A stretch of 60,348 nucleotides of DNA from a virus. The stretch lies in UHGV virus genome UHGV-0030339. The stretch is one strand, 5' to 3'. The stretch's first letter is position 1. The number at the start of each line of letters is the position of its first letter. Under the pieces are notes generated by a model. The model searched no databases and was not told where the DNA came from. It was given only the letters and a program-made list of their open reading frames with translations. A program made the position numbers and the translations under genes. Below are positions 18,145 to 28,093 of the stretch, in pieces.

Positions 18145-19919
18145 CCAAACCTCCTAAACGGATTTATTACTGCTTCAACCTTTGCCGTCCTGTTCCCTTG
18201 CGTAATCCTAAGCGCAAAGTTTGAGAACACATCTGGAACATCGTCTAATTGCTTCTTTCCAGATACGGAATATTGCTTAAGCAACGTCATCATCACACCA
18301 TATGGTTCTTTCGGTGTATACTTTGATGCATCTTTGAATATCACATGTTGTAATATCCAGTTTGAGCACTGGAAGATACGTGCTTCTTTGTTAGTTTCAG
18401 TAGGGACATCAGTGATATTACAAATCCACCCCTTTGCTTCTACTCGCTTATTGACTTCCATTGCTACACGGTCACCACCAGCATTTCGCTCAAATTCGCA
18501 CTCAATAACCTCGTTATTGACAAGCATATTTGCCGCATTTTCATACTGCATTTCATAATCAGCTGTATTGTCGCACACAGCATCCACACAATAATAATCC
18601 TCGCCAAATTTCTGAAATACCGGCATAACAAAATAATCAGTTCCCTTACCCTTGGTATCGCACTGAGCTGTGACAATCTCAGGTACACCATGTGGCATAT
18701 TCAAATATCGCCTGATTTTATCTTCTGGGAATAACAGGCCCTCACGTTCAATAGGCTCCTGCTTATACAGACATTTGTATGAAATATCATCCATCAATAA
18801 TTGTTGATCCGCAAAGAACTCCTCGTCAAAGCCTGAGAATTCATAATCAAAATTACTTTTTCCGGTAACCGGATCAACATCAGGAACAGCAATTACCTTT
18901 ACTCTTTGATTCCCTTCATACATTTTTTGGATACGCCCTATGACATCCTGGACGCTCCATCTGGTTGCAATGTGTATTTCCTTACAATTCTTACCATCAG
19001 TATCTTTGATTTTTCTTTGGCGTGCATCTACAGAATACTTACTCCACAACTTTTCAAGTATAGCCGGATTCAATGCTTCCTCGATACCGCCAATCATATC
19101 ATCAACTAGTAGAAACTTAGAAGCACGTACCTTACCGGCATTTTTGCTTCCTACTGATGTGCACTGCACAGATGGGAACGGCTTATATTTTCCTACGTTG
19201 AACTGTTCTGTCTTTGCATTTGTACTTGTCACATACAAATCCGGGAAAATATCATTCCACGCATATTCGTCAGAATTAGTAACTATATCGTATATACCGT
19301 CATAGTACATTCTGGTAATGTCACCGCTATGGGAATAAAACAGGTTAAAGTCTTTTGGGTACCAACCAATTACCGCAGCATTAAAGAATTTTTCGATGGT
19401 CGTTTTCCCGGCGCCCGGAATGAGGCTAATACACAAAATATCGTACCTGTCATCAATCATGCCTTGAAGCGCATCAACCAGCCCGATTTTAAGTAGCTGT
19501 TTTCGCCTAGGCATATAAAACCGCTCTTTCGGTTCTCTTTTGTGCTCTATATACCTGAAAAAACTGTCAATCACTTTATGTTGAGCTTCCAAAAGCAAAA
19601 CCGAATAAAAACAGTCTATCAGCTCCAATATGGTTTTATTGGTTGTCTTATGCTCAAATGCATATTTTTCCAATTCCCATATAGCACCACCTGTCTGTTC
19701 TAGACAATAACGCTCCGTCAGCTCCTTTGAGCGCTTTGCAAGTTGTAATCCATAATGAATATCATTTTCACCATTAATAGCCACTGCGCAAGCCTTTGCG
19801 TATGCCTGAACAACCCGCCAATCGACACCGTTAGCCTGTATGTAATTTTCATAGTCCTTGATTGTTTGCTTCAGATTTTCGGAAGCCAAAAGGCAAGCAC
19901 CTCCACTTTCAAAAAGCAA
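18141..19919 (-). CDS. terL: terminase large subunit
   Basis: Walker A IPGAGKTT, Walker B LLVDDM, 592 aa. Confidence 0.9.
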   Translation of the reverse strand: MLFESGGACLLASENLKQTIKDYENYIQANGVDWRVVQAYAKACAVAINGENDIHYGLQLAKRSKELTERYCLEQTGGAIWELEKYAFEHKTTNKTILELIDCFYSVLLLEAQHKVIDSFFRYIEHKREPKERFYMPRRKQLLKIGLVDALQGMIDDRYDILCISLIPGAGKTTIEKFFNAAVIGWYPKDFNLFYSHSGDITRMYYDGIYDIVTNSDEYAWNDIFPDLYVTSTNAKTEQFNVGKYKPFPSVQCTSVGSKNAGKVRASKFLLVDDMIGGIEEALNPAILEKLWSKYSVDARQRKIKDTDGKNCKEIHIATRWSVQDVIGRIQKMYEGNQRVKVIAVPDVDPVTGKSNFDYEFSGFDEEFFADQQLLMDDISYKCLYKQEPIEREGLLFPEDKIRRYLNMPHGVPEIVTAQCDTKGKGTDYFVMPVFQKFGEDYYCVDAVCDNTADYEMQYENAANMLVNNEVIECEFERNAGGDRVAMEVNKRVEAKGWICNITDVPTETNKEARIFQCSNWILQHVIFKDASKYTPKEPYGVMMTLLKQYSVSGKKQLDDVPDVFSNFALRITQGNRTAKVEAVINPFRRFG

Positions 19920-20039
19920 AGGTGCTAGTAGACCTCTGCCTATAATTTTTTAGGTTAGCGGCTGAAACAATATTCAGTCGGTAAAGTTTCATCAATTTTT
20001 AAATTTTCTTTTAGTTTACCACCTCGGGCAAAAATGGTT

Positions 20040-20393
20040 TTAAATACAGCCTCCACAGCTTCCGGATCTAAAATCTTTTTCATTTATCGCGAAAAAGATT
20101 TTCTCTTTTATTTCTTCGTCAGTAGTAATGTTTTTAAGCCAATAATCGTTATCTGCAATCCACTCATCACATTCTAACCCGTCTTCATAAGGTTCCCATG
20201 TTTCATCGTAATGTTCTCCAAAACGCAACATTTCATATGTTTTATAGGTGTTCATACTGGAGGTTCTCAGACTTTCAGGAATTTGGGAAGAAACATTTTT
20301 GCCATTTACTATCAATGTCCATTGCCCTGAACACAGGCATGGATAACGCCCGCTCCAACTAGCAAATATTTTTTCACTCTTATGTTTCTCCAT
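20040..20393 (-). CDS. hypothetical protein
   Basis: 117-aa ORF. Confidence 0.4.
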   Translation of the reverse strand: MEKHKSEKIFASWSGRYPCLCSGQWTLIVNGKNVSSQIPESLRTSSMNTYKTYEMLRFGEHYDETWEPYEDGLECDEWIADNDYWLKNITTDEEIKEKIFFAINEKDFRSGSCGGCI

Positions 20394-20511
20394 ATATATC
20401 CTTTCTAAATTTCTTTGATTCTTTACTGTTTTATTCCTCTACGCCATTCGTTGCCAAACATAAACCGTCAAGTATGGGGGCATGTTTTTATTGTTTTTGG
20501 ATAATGATTAT

Positions 20512-21036
20512 TTAAAATAATTTTGTCCAATTTCCTGTAAATCGTCCATCCTGTATTCCAACTCTTTTATACAAGGTATAAAGATTATCTGCCATCCATA
20601 ATTGGAATGGTGTACCAACACTCATTATTACTATGAACAAACAGTTATTGGTATTAGGACCATTTGTGTAACTAGAAACAATCGTATACATACCTTCAGT
20701 TGTTAGCGTATTCAAATCTACTGTTGTGCTAATTTTAAAATAAGGAAATAAATTACTATTTAGCGTATTAATAGCACTAATTACATCTGGTGCATCTGAT
20801 GGTAATTCATCTGTTCCCAATTTTTCTTGCAGAGTATATACCGCAGCCATACTTGCGATTTTATCTGGGTCATTCACGATATTGGAAACTACGGCATTTG
20901 CAATTTGATTTATTGCTTCTGAGTTACTTCCAATGCCATTTTCAATGTGGTTCAAACGTTCAGCATTAAGCGGTGTACTTTTATCTGGTCTATCGTGCCA
21001 GTATTGCTTTACATATTTTACGAAATCACTTAGCAT
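20512..21036 (-). CDS. hypothetical protein
   Basis: 174-aa ORF. Confidence 0.4.
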   Translation of the reverse strand: MLSDFVKYVKQYWHDRPDKSTPLNAERLNHIENGIGSNSEAINQIANAVVSNIVNDPDKIASMAAVYTLQEKLGTDELPSDAPDVISAINTLNSNLFPYFKISTTVDLNTLTTEGMYTIVSSYTNGPNTNNCLFIVIMSVGTPFQLWMADNLYTLYKRVGIQDGRFTGNWTKLF

Positions 21037-21068
21037 TGCTACTCTCTCCTAAAAATCAATTTTTAAAA

Positions 21069-21141
21069 TCGGAACACCTGGACTTGAACCAAGGCGCATG
21101 GCTTATAAGGCCACCGCTCTAACCAACTGAGCTATGTTCCG
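21069..21141 (-). tRNA. tRNA, anticodon TAT (Ile-like)
   Basis: cloverleaf folded by hand: acceptor CGGAACA/TGTTCCG, D-arm GCTC..GAGC, anticodon loop CTTATAA, T-loop TTCAAGT. Confidence 0.7.
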
Positions 21142-21443
21142 TTTTTAAATGCGGTGCCGCTTCTCCAAACTGCATATGCCCCGTGAAAGCATTCTAGGTG
21201 ATATGCAAGCACCTGACGGCCTTGTACGTGACCGCCGAACGGATTTTAACGTCTTTACTGACCTTAACCTTATTGCGAGGAGAAGGATTCTGCTGCCTAT
21301 AACAGCCGTGTTGACGCACAGGTTGATTTTCACAAATCCCACCGGACCTTGTGACGGTCCTTTAATCAGCTTTCCGCTAGTGGGTCAGGGAGGATACCTA
21401 TATGAAAACACATACAGATATTGGGGCCCTTGCCATACCCCAG

Positions 21444-21516
21444 CTAGGCTACCGGGATTTGAACCCGGGCATTCAGGAGTCAAAGTCCTGTGTCTTTACC
21501 GCTTGACTATAGCCCA
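21444..21516 (-). tRNA. tRNA-Gln (anticodon TTG) with U1-A72 and G73
   Basis: acceptor TGGGCTA/TAGCCTA, anticodon loop CTTTGAC, T-arm CCGGG-TTCAAAT-CCCGG. Confidence 0.7.
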
Positions 21517-21660
21517 TTGTTTTTGCGCCGTTCTTCATGGTGCATCTGGCACCGGAACATCTGAGAAACATTTTCTCTTTCCCGGCCTATTCCGTGCCCT
21601 TGCCTACATAATTCGCAGGTAAGAATTTGACCGCAATATTGGCACTCATCTTTGATTTCC

Positions 21661-22083
21661 TTAGCACCAATCTTCATTTTCTTCCTCTTCCAGCTCAATG
21701 TATTTTTTCAAATACCAGTCAGCTTTCTTAATGTCCTCAATGCCGTTCTTACGTTTGTGCCGATACAGATATTTGAATGCGTTGCATATACAGAAGTTCT
21801 TTACAGCCTCAGCGCCTTGTGTTTCCAGCATGGCACCGATACATTCAAACTTACCAGTTTCATAATGCCCAGGATGATTAATTGAATCGATTTCAGAAGA
21901 ATCCATGTGGACTTCTGTATATGTAAACGGAAGTTCTTCAATTGCATCAGGTCCGTATACATCGCATTCATCTATTGCTTCAATAAACCGATCGTAATTA
22001 TCACTGCTACTGTTCCCGCAAACTAACTTATCATTGCATTTGAAAAGCTTAGGGCATCTCTCACATTCTTTCATTTTACTCAA
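21661..22083 (-). CDS. DUF3310-family phage protein
   Basis: HPGHYETGKFECIGAMLETQGAEAVKNFCICNAFKYLYRHKRKNGIEDIKKADWYL. Confidence 0.6.
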   Translation of the reverse strand: MSKMKECERCPKLFKCNDKLVCGNSSSDNYDRFIEAIDECDVYGPDAIEELPFTYTEVHMDSSEIDSINHPGHYETGKFECIGAMLETQGAEAVKNFCICNAFKYLYRHKRKNGIEDIKKADWYLKKYIELEEEENEDWC

Positions 22084-22421
22084 ATGTCACCCTCTTTTCT
22101 ATGCAGGGATTTATCCGTCTCGAAACCATTTGGGTATCGTTCCCAAAGCTTACGATTGTTTGTAATGGCAACATTCTCCAGTGTTGTCCCCAGAGCTTCA
22201 GCAATCAGGGCTAAATAATATAGCACGTCACCACACTCTTTGATGTAATGATCCCTGTCATGCGGATGACCTTGGAATAATTCCTTTTTAATCAAGTCTG
22301 CAAGTTCACCTGATTCACCGGCCGCCCCTAAAATACCATTTAGCAGCATATTTTCCTTTGTGGCCGCTGTCACCCCGCTTGCAGTGCGCAGGCAACCTTT
22401 CTGAAATTCATCAAATGTCAT
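22080..22421 (-). CDS. MazG-like nucleotide pyrophosphohydrolase
   Basis: EE.GEL motifs (AAGESGELADLIKK ... ECGDVLYYLALIAEALG). Confidence 0.6.
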   Translation of the reverse strand: MTFDEFQKGCLRTASGVTAATKENMLLNGILGAAGESGELADLIKKELFQGHPHDRDHYIKECGDVLYYLALIAEALGTTLENVAITNNRKLWERYPNGFETDKSLHRKEGDI

Positions 22422-22753
22422 TTTGTGTTCTCCTTTTCCGTTTCAAACCGAACGCCACCATATGTCCATAAATCTTCTACCATGGACTCCATTGATACTT
22501 TTCCTGCCTCATACTGTTCGTACAGATCTAAAACCTTTTGGACAAATCCAGGACATCTTTTCTCTGCTGATCTAGGCCAATAATCTTTTGCCAAGACCTC
22601 CAGAGGAATTGTCAGCATCAATTTCATTGCCTCTGCTATCGCTTCTTCATGAGCTACTTGCTTTAGCTGTTCTATCTGCGATTGCGTCAGCGTATATGTA
22701 TTTTGCTTTCTTTGCGCAGCCTTTTGCATTCTACGCATTTCAGCTCTTCCCAT
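22418..22753 (-). CDS. hypothetical protein
   Basis: 111-aa ORF. Confidence 0.4.
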   Translation of the reverse strand: MGRAEMRRMQKAAQRKQNTYTLTQSQIEQLKQVAHEEAIAEAMKLMLTIPLEVLAKDYWPRSAEKRCPGFVQKVLDLYEQYEAGKVSMESMVEDLWTYGGVRFETEKENTK

Positions 22754-23193
22754 CCAACCATCTCCCGTATATTTGCTATTTTTGCTTTAGTCTAAAATAC
22801 TCAGATACCGCCTGTCTAACTATCTGTGATACGCTCTTCCCTGTTCGATTCTTTTCCTCAAACAACTTATTTGCCATATCATCATCAAGTCTAATCCTTA
22901 AAGCCTGACCTTTTAAAACTACTCTACGATTACCCATTTGGTATCATCCCTTTGTGTTTTATATTATTTTAATCGGCATAGAAGCTGTATCTTTACAGTT
23001 TATCGGATTATCCTATCTATGCCAGGAGAGTGCCTTTTTGTTTTTGGCGGATATTTTGGTGACTTAGTAGGCCCCTCTTCGGGCACCTCCCAGACCCCCA
23101 CCCTGGTGCCTCTGGGAGCTGATCCGGTGGTATTTCAGCAACTATTCGTTAAAGAGATGTTTCGCGAATAGTTAAATACTATATTTTGTTGTT

Positions 23194-23871
23194 TTAATCG
23201 TCATTCACACAAGATATAGCGTCATTCCCATTGTTTTCCGCTTTTGTGGATAACTTCGGGAGTGCTTCGGCTGTAAGCGCTTGTTTTGGCGGCTCAATAT
23301 GCACCGGAGCAGTCTCTACTAGACCATCAACAGCTTTGCAGAGGAAGATATAACCAACATTGCCAGCTGCGGCCCCTTTGTAGCGTCCTAACCTGCATTC
23401 ATTCTGCCATTTTCGGACGGTGTCGGCCCTCGAACAGCTAAGTTTAGAACACCAATCACTGCTCCTATACTCACCAGAAGCCCACGAATATAATATATCT
23501 CTTGAGCATCCAATCAATAACGCAAACTCTTCTAATACAGGCTTTTGATCATACTTATAAACGATATCAATATACATATCCCATATATCATCTAAAAGAT
23601 TAATATCGTCATATATAGCCCTGGTAAATCCCATTTTTTTATTAATATATCTTATAAGGCCTGTAAATGTACTAGATGATAGCTTATACAGATTTTCTGG
23701 ATGTGGTAAGCTGTCCTCGTACTCTTGAGCGTATATGTGCATGTCATCTGGGTATATCTCAACGCCTGCATCTGTACTGATTGCATTAGTCTTTTTTTGC
23801 GCCCTGTTCACTGTATCACCTCCAGAAGAGAAATAAAAAACGCCCACAGACAGAACCGATATAGATCCCAT
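23194..23871 (-). CDS. terminase small subunit (putative)
   Basis: HTH FALLIGCSRDILYSWASGEY resembling TerS; first gene of the late operon after a long non-coding region. Confidence 0.5.
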   Translation of the reverse strand: MGSISVLSVGVFYFSSGGDTVNRAQKKTNAISTDAGVEIYPDDMHIYAQEYEDSLPHPENLYKLSSSTFTGLIRYINKKMGFTRAIYDDINLLDDIWDMYIDIVYKYDQKPVLEEFALLIGCSRDILYSWASGEYRSSDWCSKLSCSRADTVRKWQNECRLGRYKGAAAGNVGYIFLCKAVDGLVETAPVHIEPPKQALTAEALPKLSTKAENNGNDAISCVNDD

Positions 23872-24424
23872 CTGTGAGCGTGTAGCCTCAAAGTTTGCCG
23901 TCCTTGCTCCTGCTGCCTATCCTGATCCGAGTTGTGCGCCCTTCTCACGGCTCCAGGGCAACCCTACAAGACTCAGCTATATTGTACATAAAGCATACAC
24001 CAGTTTTTTTTATCTGTCAAGCATATACACCATGTCATTTTTACAAATACCCTAGGCCCTTATATATAATATATATATTAATAATAATTATCGTTGATTA
24101 TATTAAAAATAAAATATATAAAAAAATTAATATAATAATTAAATTCGCCAAAGGGATTAAAAGAGATAAAAGGATATAGGATAATAATAGGGGGTATGGG
24201 GGAAAGAAGAAGGGAAAAGGGAAGAAGAGAAATTAAGGGGAAGGACACATTTTTACACGTATTGTCTACCTGCTGATCTGCTGACCTTGCCCGGCTGTCT
24301 GGATCCAGCCCAATTGCGATCCTCGGAGCCATGGAAAACCTAGGATTTACGCCGGTTTGCGGGATTTATGGAAGTTGCCCGGCGCCGCCTCTGGAAGTGC
24401 CCACAAAACGCCCAAATAAACGCC

Positions 24425-24580
24425 GTGAACCCCAGACGAACCAGAAAGTGAACCAACACATGAACCACCAGACGAACCAGCAAAAATCCAGTAAATACAA
24501 GGCTTCACGGGCACATGTGAACAGCGGGCGAACCAACTAACGAACCAGTAAACGGACACCCAGACGAACCAACAAGTCAC
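24425..24580 (+). repeat. array of about 8 [T/C]GAACCA repeats, five spaced 11-13 bp apart
   Basis: copies start near 24428, 24439, 24451, 24464, 24475, 24531, 24543, 24566. Confidence 0.6.
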
Positions 24581-24646
24581 AAAAAAGAGGTCTTATTCGA
24601 CCCCTTTCATGTGGGGCGGTTGCCCGTCCCGGTGGTTTAGTCTAGT

Positions 24647-24796
24647 CCTCTAACGTGCTTTGCAGGTTATCCAGAATTTTCTGGATCCGCTCATCTTTCT
24701 TTTCGGTGTCCTGCTCTTCCTTGGCTTCTTTTAATCCGTCAATCAGGAAGCGAATAAAGCCGTTAAACTGCTTATCTGTCATTCCCATGTCTTGCA
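24647..24796 (-). CDS. small hypothetical protein (49 aa)
   Basis: MQDMGMTDKQFNGFIRFLIDGLKEAKEEQDTEKKDERIQKILDNLQSTL by RC translation. Confidence 0.35.
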
Positions 24797-24856
24797 TCTT
24801 TTACCTTCCTTTCCGGCCTATTGCCATTTGGTTACTACCTCTTGACAGTTATTATT

Positions 24857-24874
24857 ATAACTTATTTTAGTTAT
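24857..24874. promoter_or_regulatory. operator palindrome ATAACTTATTTTAGTTAT (copy 2)
   Basis: identical to 25222-25239. Confidence 0.55.
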
Positions 24875-24884
24875 AATATCAATA

Positions 24885-25136
24885 CTACGATTTAAGTTTT
24901 ATTTTTATTTCTTTTTCCTCTTCCTGATCCTTATCATAGTATATCAGATGCTCCGGCTGCATGTTTAATATAGCGCATATGCTATTTAATGATTTCATGC
25001 TTATATTTGCATTGTTTTCTTTTATTTTTCTCCATGTGTCCTGTGATAAAATCCCACTTTTTTGTGCCTTGTATGCTGTCATTCCGGCGGTTTTAAGCGC
25101 TCCCGCCACGTCAAATTTAAAACGTATCATTTGCAT
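24885..25136 (-). CDS. XRE-family HTH repressor (Cro/CI-like)
   Basis: 83 aa, HTH TAYKAQKSGILSQDTWRKIKEN; flanked by two copies of an 18-bp palindrome. Confidence 0.7.
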   Translation of the reverse strand: MQMIRFKFDVAGALKTAGMTAYKAQKSGILSQDTWRKIKENNANISMKSLNSICAILNMQPEHLIYYDKDQEEEKEIKIKLKS

Positions 25137-25215
25137 TACCTCCTTATAAATAGAGGATACAGCAACAGCTGTAAAAAGTCAAACAAAAAATAACTAAAAA
25201 AAGTTGTATTTGCTC

Positions 25216-25244
25216 TTGACTATAACTTATTTTAGTTATATAAT
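25216..25244 (+). promoter_or_regulatory. sigma-70-type promoter (TTGACT-17-TATAAT) whose spacer is the operator palindrome ATAACTTATTTTAGTTAT
   Basis: consensus hexamers with a 17-bp spacer upstream of 25292..25663. Confidence 0.65.
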
Positions 25245-25291
25245 AAGGACAGTTAAAGAAAGCAACACACCAAGAAAAGGAGATACAAACC

Positions 25292-25663
25292 ATGAGAAAA
25301 TACACCGTAGAAAACAGAAGCAAGTACACCGAGTTAATCACATTTGACGAGCTTAACAGCAAGGGCGAGAAAATCCAGCTTGAAATTATCAAATGCACAA
25401 ATCCGGGTGGAAAGCATTCCCTCCCGTACCTCTGGAAGAAAAACGGATTCGCTGACAAGATTCTTGATACCTGGTTAAGCATTGACACATACGCCACCGA
25501 GGACGGCGGAAAAGGTACTTGCTGGGGGCGCTACAATCCACAGACCAAATTATCAGAAGACGGAAGACGCCAAGTTATCAACTTTGAGTGGATGCTTGAA
25601 GCCACCGAAGAAAACCGCAAAAAACTTATAGAAGAAGTTGAGCGGTTAGCGTTTACAAAATAA
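25292..25663 (+). CDS. hypothetical protein (moron-like, higher GC)
   Basis: strong RBS aaaggaga; 123 aa. Confidence 0.55.
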   Translation: MRKYTVENRSKYTELITFDELNSKGEKIQLEIIKCTNPGGKHSLPYLWKKNGFADKILDTWLSIDTYATEDGGKGTCWGRYNPQTKLSEDGRRQVINFEWMLEATEENRKKLIEEVERLAFTK

Positions 25664-26057
25664 GCCGAAACGCCCGCCAGGGCGTCCACCGCGGGACGGT
25701 CTCCCGGTGCTGATGAGGCAGACCAGAAAGGGAAAAACATGAGTAGCGAAGATAGACACGTTTTAGAAAGCTTGGTATTTGCTTATTTTGTCGGTGAAAT
25801 GGAAATGGAGCCGATCACGGCACGCCGCAAAGTTGACAACATGACAGATGAGCAACTAGAAAGCTTTACAAAATAACCGCCGCAGGGGATGCAAGCCCGG
25901 CCCGATACCGGGCGGCGGTGTTTATCTCCCGGCTCCCAGGTTGAAAGGGAAGAAAGAAAAGCTATGTTAGATTTTATCATGGCGATATGCATATTTTTAG
26001 GTGGTTATGCGTGCCGCGTAGCTGCTGAGGATACAGAAGAATAAGGAGGTTCACACA

Positions 26058-26354
26058 ATGAGAAAATACGATTTTGACAAAATGGGCGGTTTATGGGCAG
26101 ATCAGGCCCGCGAGATTACAGAAAAGGGCGTATTTGTAGCCCATTCCGGCAATTGGGATTTATGGAGCTATTCCGGCACTGTTTATAGTATCCCGGTTAA
26201 AGGCTCCGGCTGCGGTGCTTCCGCTTGGTGTGCCCTGTCCAATCTGCGGCGGCATCTGTACCACCTGCGGAACGTCTGCGGCTATGCAGATCTAATCCCG
26301 GCATATTGGGAAGATATCAACCGGGATTTCCTGAACTCTTACGGTATTGTATAA
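26058..26354 (+). CDS. hypothetical protein
   Basis: RBS aaggagg; 98 aa. Confidence 0.5.
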   Translation: MRKYDFDKMGGLWADQAREITEKGVFVAHSGNWDLWSYSGTVYSIPVKGSGCGASAWCALSNLRRHLYHLRNVCGYADLIPAYWEDINRDFLNSYGIV

Positions 26355-26399
26355 ATATTGCCTGCTATCCGGATCCAGTCCGGCGAGGGTTCGCGACCT

Positions 26400-27300
26400 G
26401 TAGCAGGCGTTTCCTCTGTTGTACCTTGCCACGCCCGGCAAACGTGGAAACCATACCGGAACAGAGATAACAAAGCGGCTAGGATGTCAGGAAAGCGAAG
26501 GCAGCCGCAAAACTTCGCAACGATTTTATAGCAGCCCCAAGAGCATATACAGCAAATAAACGGCCTTAAAGCCGTTCCGAGAGCCGCGAGCGGTAAATAA
26601 CAGCGGCGATCCTGTGAGGGCTACCCATGCGGTAATAAGTGCATACACCAGGCGCAAGGAAAAGCGGAACCCGTGGAGGTTGGCAATAATCCATAACCAG
26701 AGATACCACGTTAAACACAAGGGCTCATATTGGACGCAGCCGAGAGCGTAAGACCCGAAAACCGCACGAGACCGGGAAAGCGGTATAAAATCGGCCCGGC
26801 ATCGTGTCAACGCCTTAAGGGACACAAACAAAGATTGAAGGCAATCAGAAAAAAAGTACTTGCTGCAGATCACCAGCAAGCCGGGCACTTGTAAACCTTT
26901 CCACCCTCTGCCGGAGTTAGGCAGCGCACAACGGGCGGCGATATAGTCCAGTATAGCGCGGGAGGTACTCCCTATAAGCCACGGGGCAGGACGTGGACGG
27001 AAGAAGGACACACTATACAAAGCAACCAGAAAACCACAGCAAAGCAGAAAGAAAGTGATAAAAATGTTTACAGCTGACATCATAAGCCAGAAAACAAGGG
27101 CGGTGTATATTGCCGCCCCGGTATCTATGATCTTGTTAATTCTTCAATATATTTGTACGGCGGGTTTTGCCTCTGCTCACACGCTTCTTTTGCTTGCGCT
27201 GCCTGTATTCAGTCTTTATGATTGTTATGTTTCCGCGCTTTTCTTCCATTCTAATCTTGACGGCCTCCGGGATATAGGCAGACGTTATAAGCCGGTGCTT
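26400..27300 (+). ncRNA. candidate large structured non-coding RNA (purine-rich, ORF-free, many local hairpins); strand uncertain
   Basis: no ORF in any + frame; the only minus ORF is a no-A compositional artefact; hairpins such as aacggccttaaagccgtt, cttgctgcagatcaccagcaag, gggaggtactccc. Confidence 0.3.
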
Positions 27301-27313
27301 GGTTCCCGATCTA

Positions 27314-28024
27314 CTACCCATTTATCCACACCCCCGCATCATTTAAAACGGTTTGTCCGCCACTGATCCGCCGGATCTGCTGCCCGTATGACTCCAGGTA
27401 GACCACCGGCGCAAGGTCCCGGGGTAAATTCTGAAGCTCAGGCCCCACAACTAGCACTTGATCTGGATGTAACCGGCGAATCATTTCCCGGTATCCAGTC
27501 TCAAAGCAGTGTTTCCCGTCATCCCAGAAGCAGCCGGTTGTACTTATTGCCACTGTTCCGCCCTGGCTCAGTCCGTCAAAACAAAAACTAAAGCTGTCTG
27601 GGCTGCCCCATCCAACCGAAGGAATCACTTCAAAACCGTTGGCATGGAGCCACCAGCTAAGCGCCCGGCTTCTGTAGACTTGCCAAACCTTCATAGCTAG
27701 CGGCATACCGTCATAAAATGAAAAATCCGGTGCGCAAACATATCTGAAATTCTCCAAAATTCCAAAATATTTCTCTGGATTATTCCATAATCGCTCAAAC
27801 CTGTGATCGTCAATAAAAAAATGGCATACAGAATTTCTGGGCTTTAGTTCTCTTTGTGCCAAATTAAAAGGCACTGCTTTAACTCCAGTCAAATCTGCGT
27901 TGACCGCCGGAAGTTTTGGAAAACCATATTTCCCGTCTAATTCTGAGCCATACAAATAGCGCTCACGTATTACATCGTTAATCGTATTGATTTCTTGATA
28001 CATTCGGTTCTCTCCTTTCGTCAA
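27314..28024 (-). CDS. hypothetical protein
   Basis: 236-aa ORF. Confidence 0.45.
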   Translation of the reverse strand: MTKGENRMYQEINTINDVIRERYLYGSELDGKYGFPKLPAVNADLTGVKAVPFNLAQRELKPRNSVCHFFIDDHRFERLWNNPEKYFGILENFRYVCAPDFSFYDGMPLAMKVWQVYRSRALSWWLHANGFEVIPSVGWGSPDSFSFCFDGLSQGGTVAISTTGCFWDDGKHCFETGYREMIRRLHPDQVLVVGPELQNLPRDLAPVVYLESYGQQIRRISGGQTVLNDAGVWING

Positions 28025-28093
28025 CTTGAATAATCGTAACTACAGGCTGTTAATCACAATTCATGCAAAAGGTAAAAATCCAAATCGTACCAA

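Noticed and set aside
21149-21622. 157-aa + strand ORF
   Set aside because: It overlaps two well-formed tRNA genes and the structured spacer on the opposite strand; no RBS.
24331-24540. + strand ORF encoding a Q/N/K-rich peptide
   Set aside because: It is produced by the GAACCA repeat array. It has no RBS and lies in the long non-coding region upstream of terS.
25144-25497. Minus-strand 117-aa ORF
   Set aside because: It overlaps the well-supported + strand gene 25292..25663 (strong RBS, consensus promoter). Its product is hydrophobic junk.
26526-27083. 185-aa minus-strand ORF (MMSAVNIFITFFLLCCGF...)
   Set aside because: The template is nearly devoid of A on that strand, so stop codons cannot occur. 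The protein is L/F/R/C/W-rich nonsense with no RBS. The region is treated as non-coding (ncRNA candidate).
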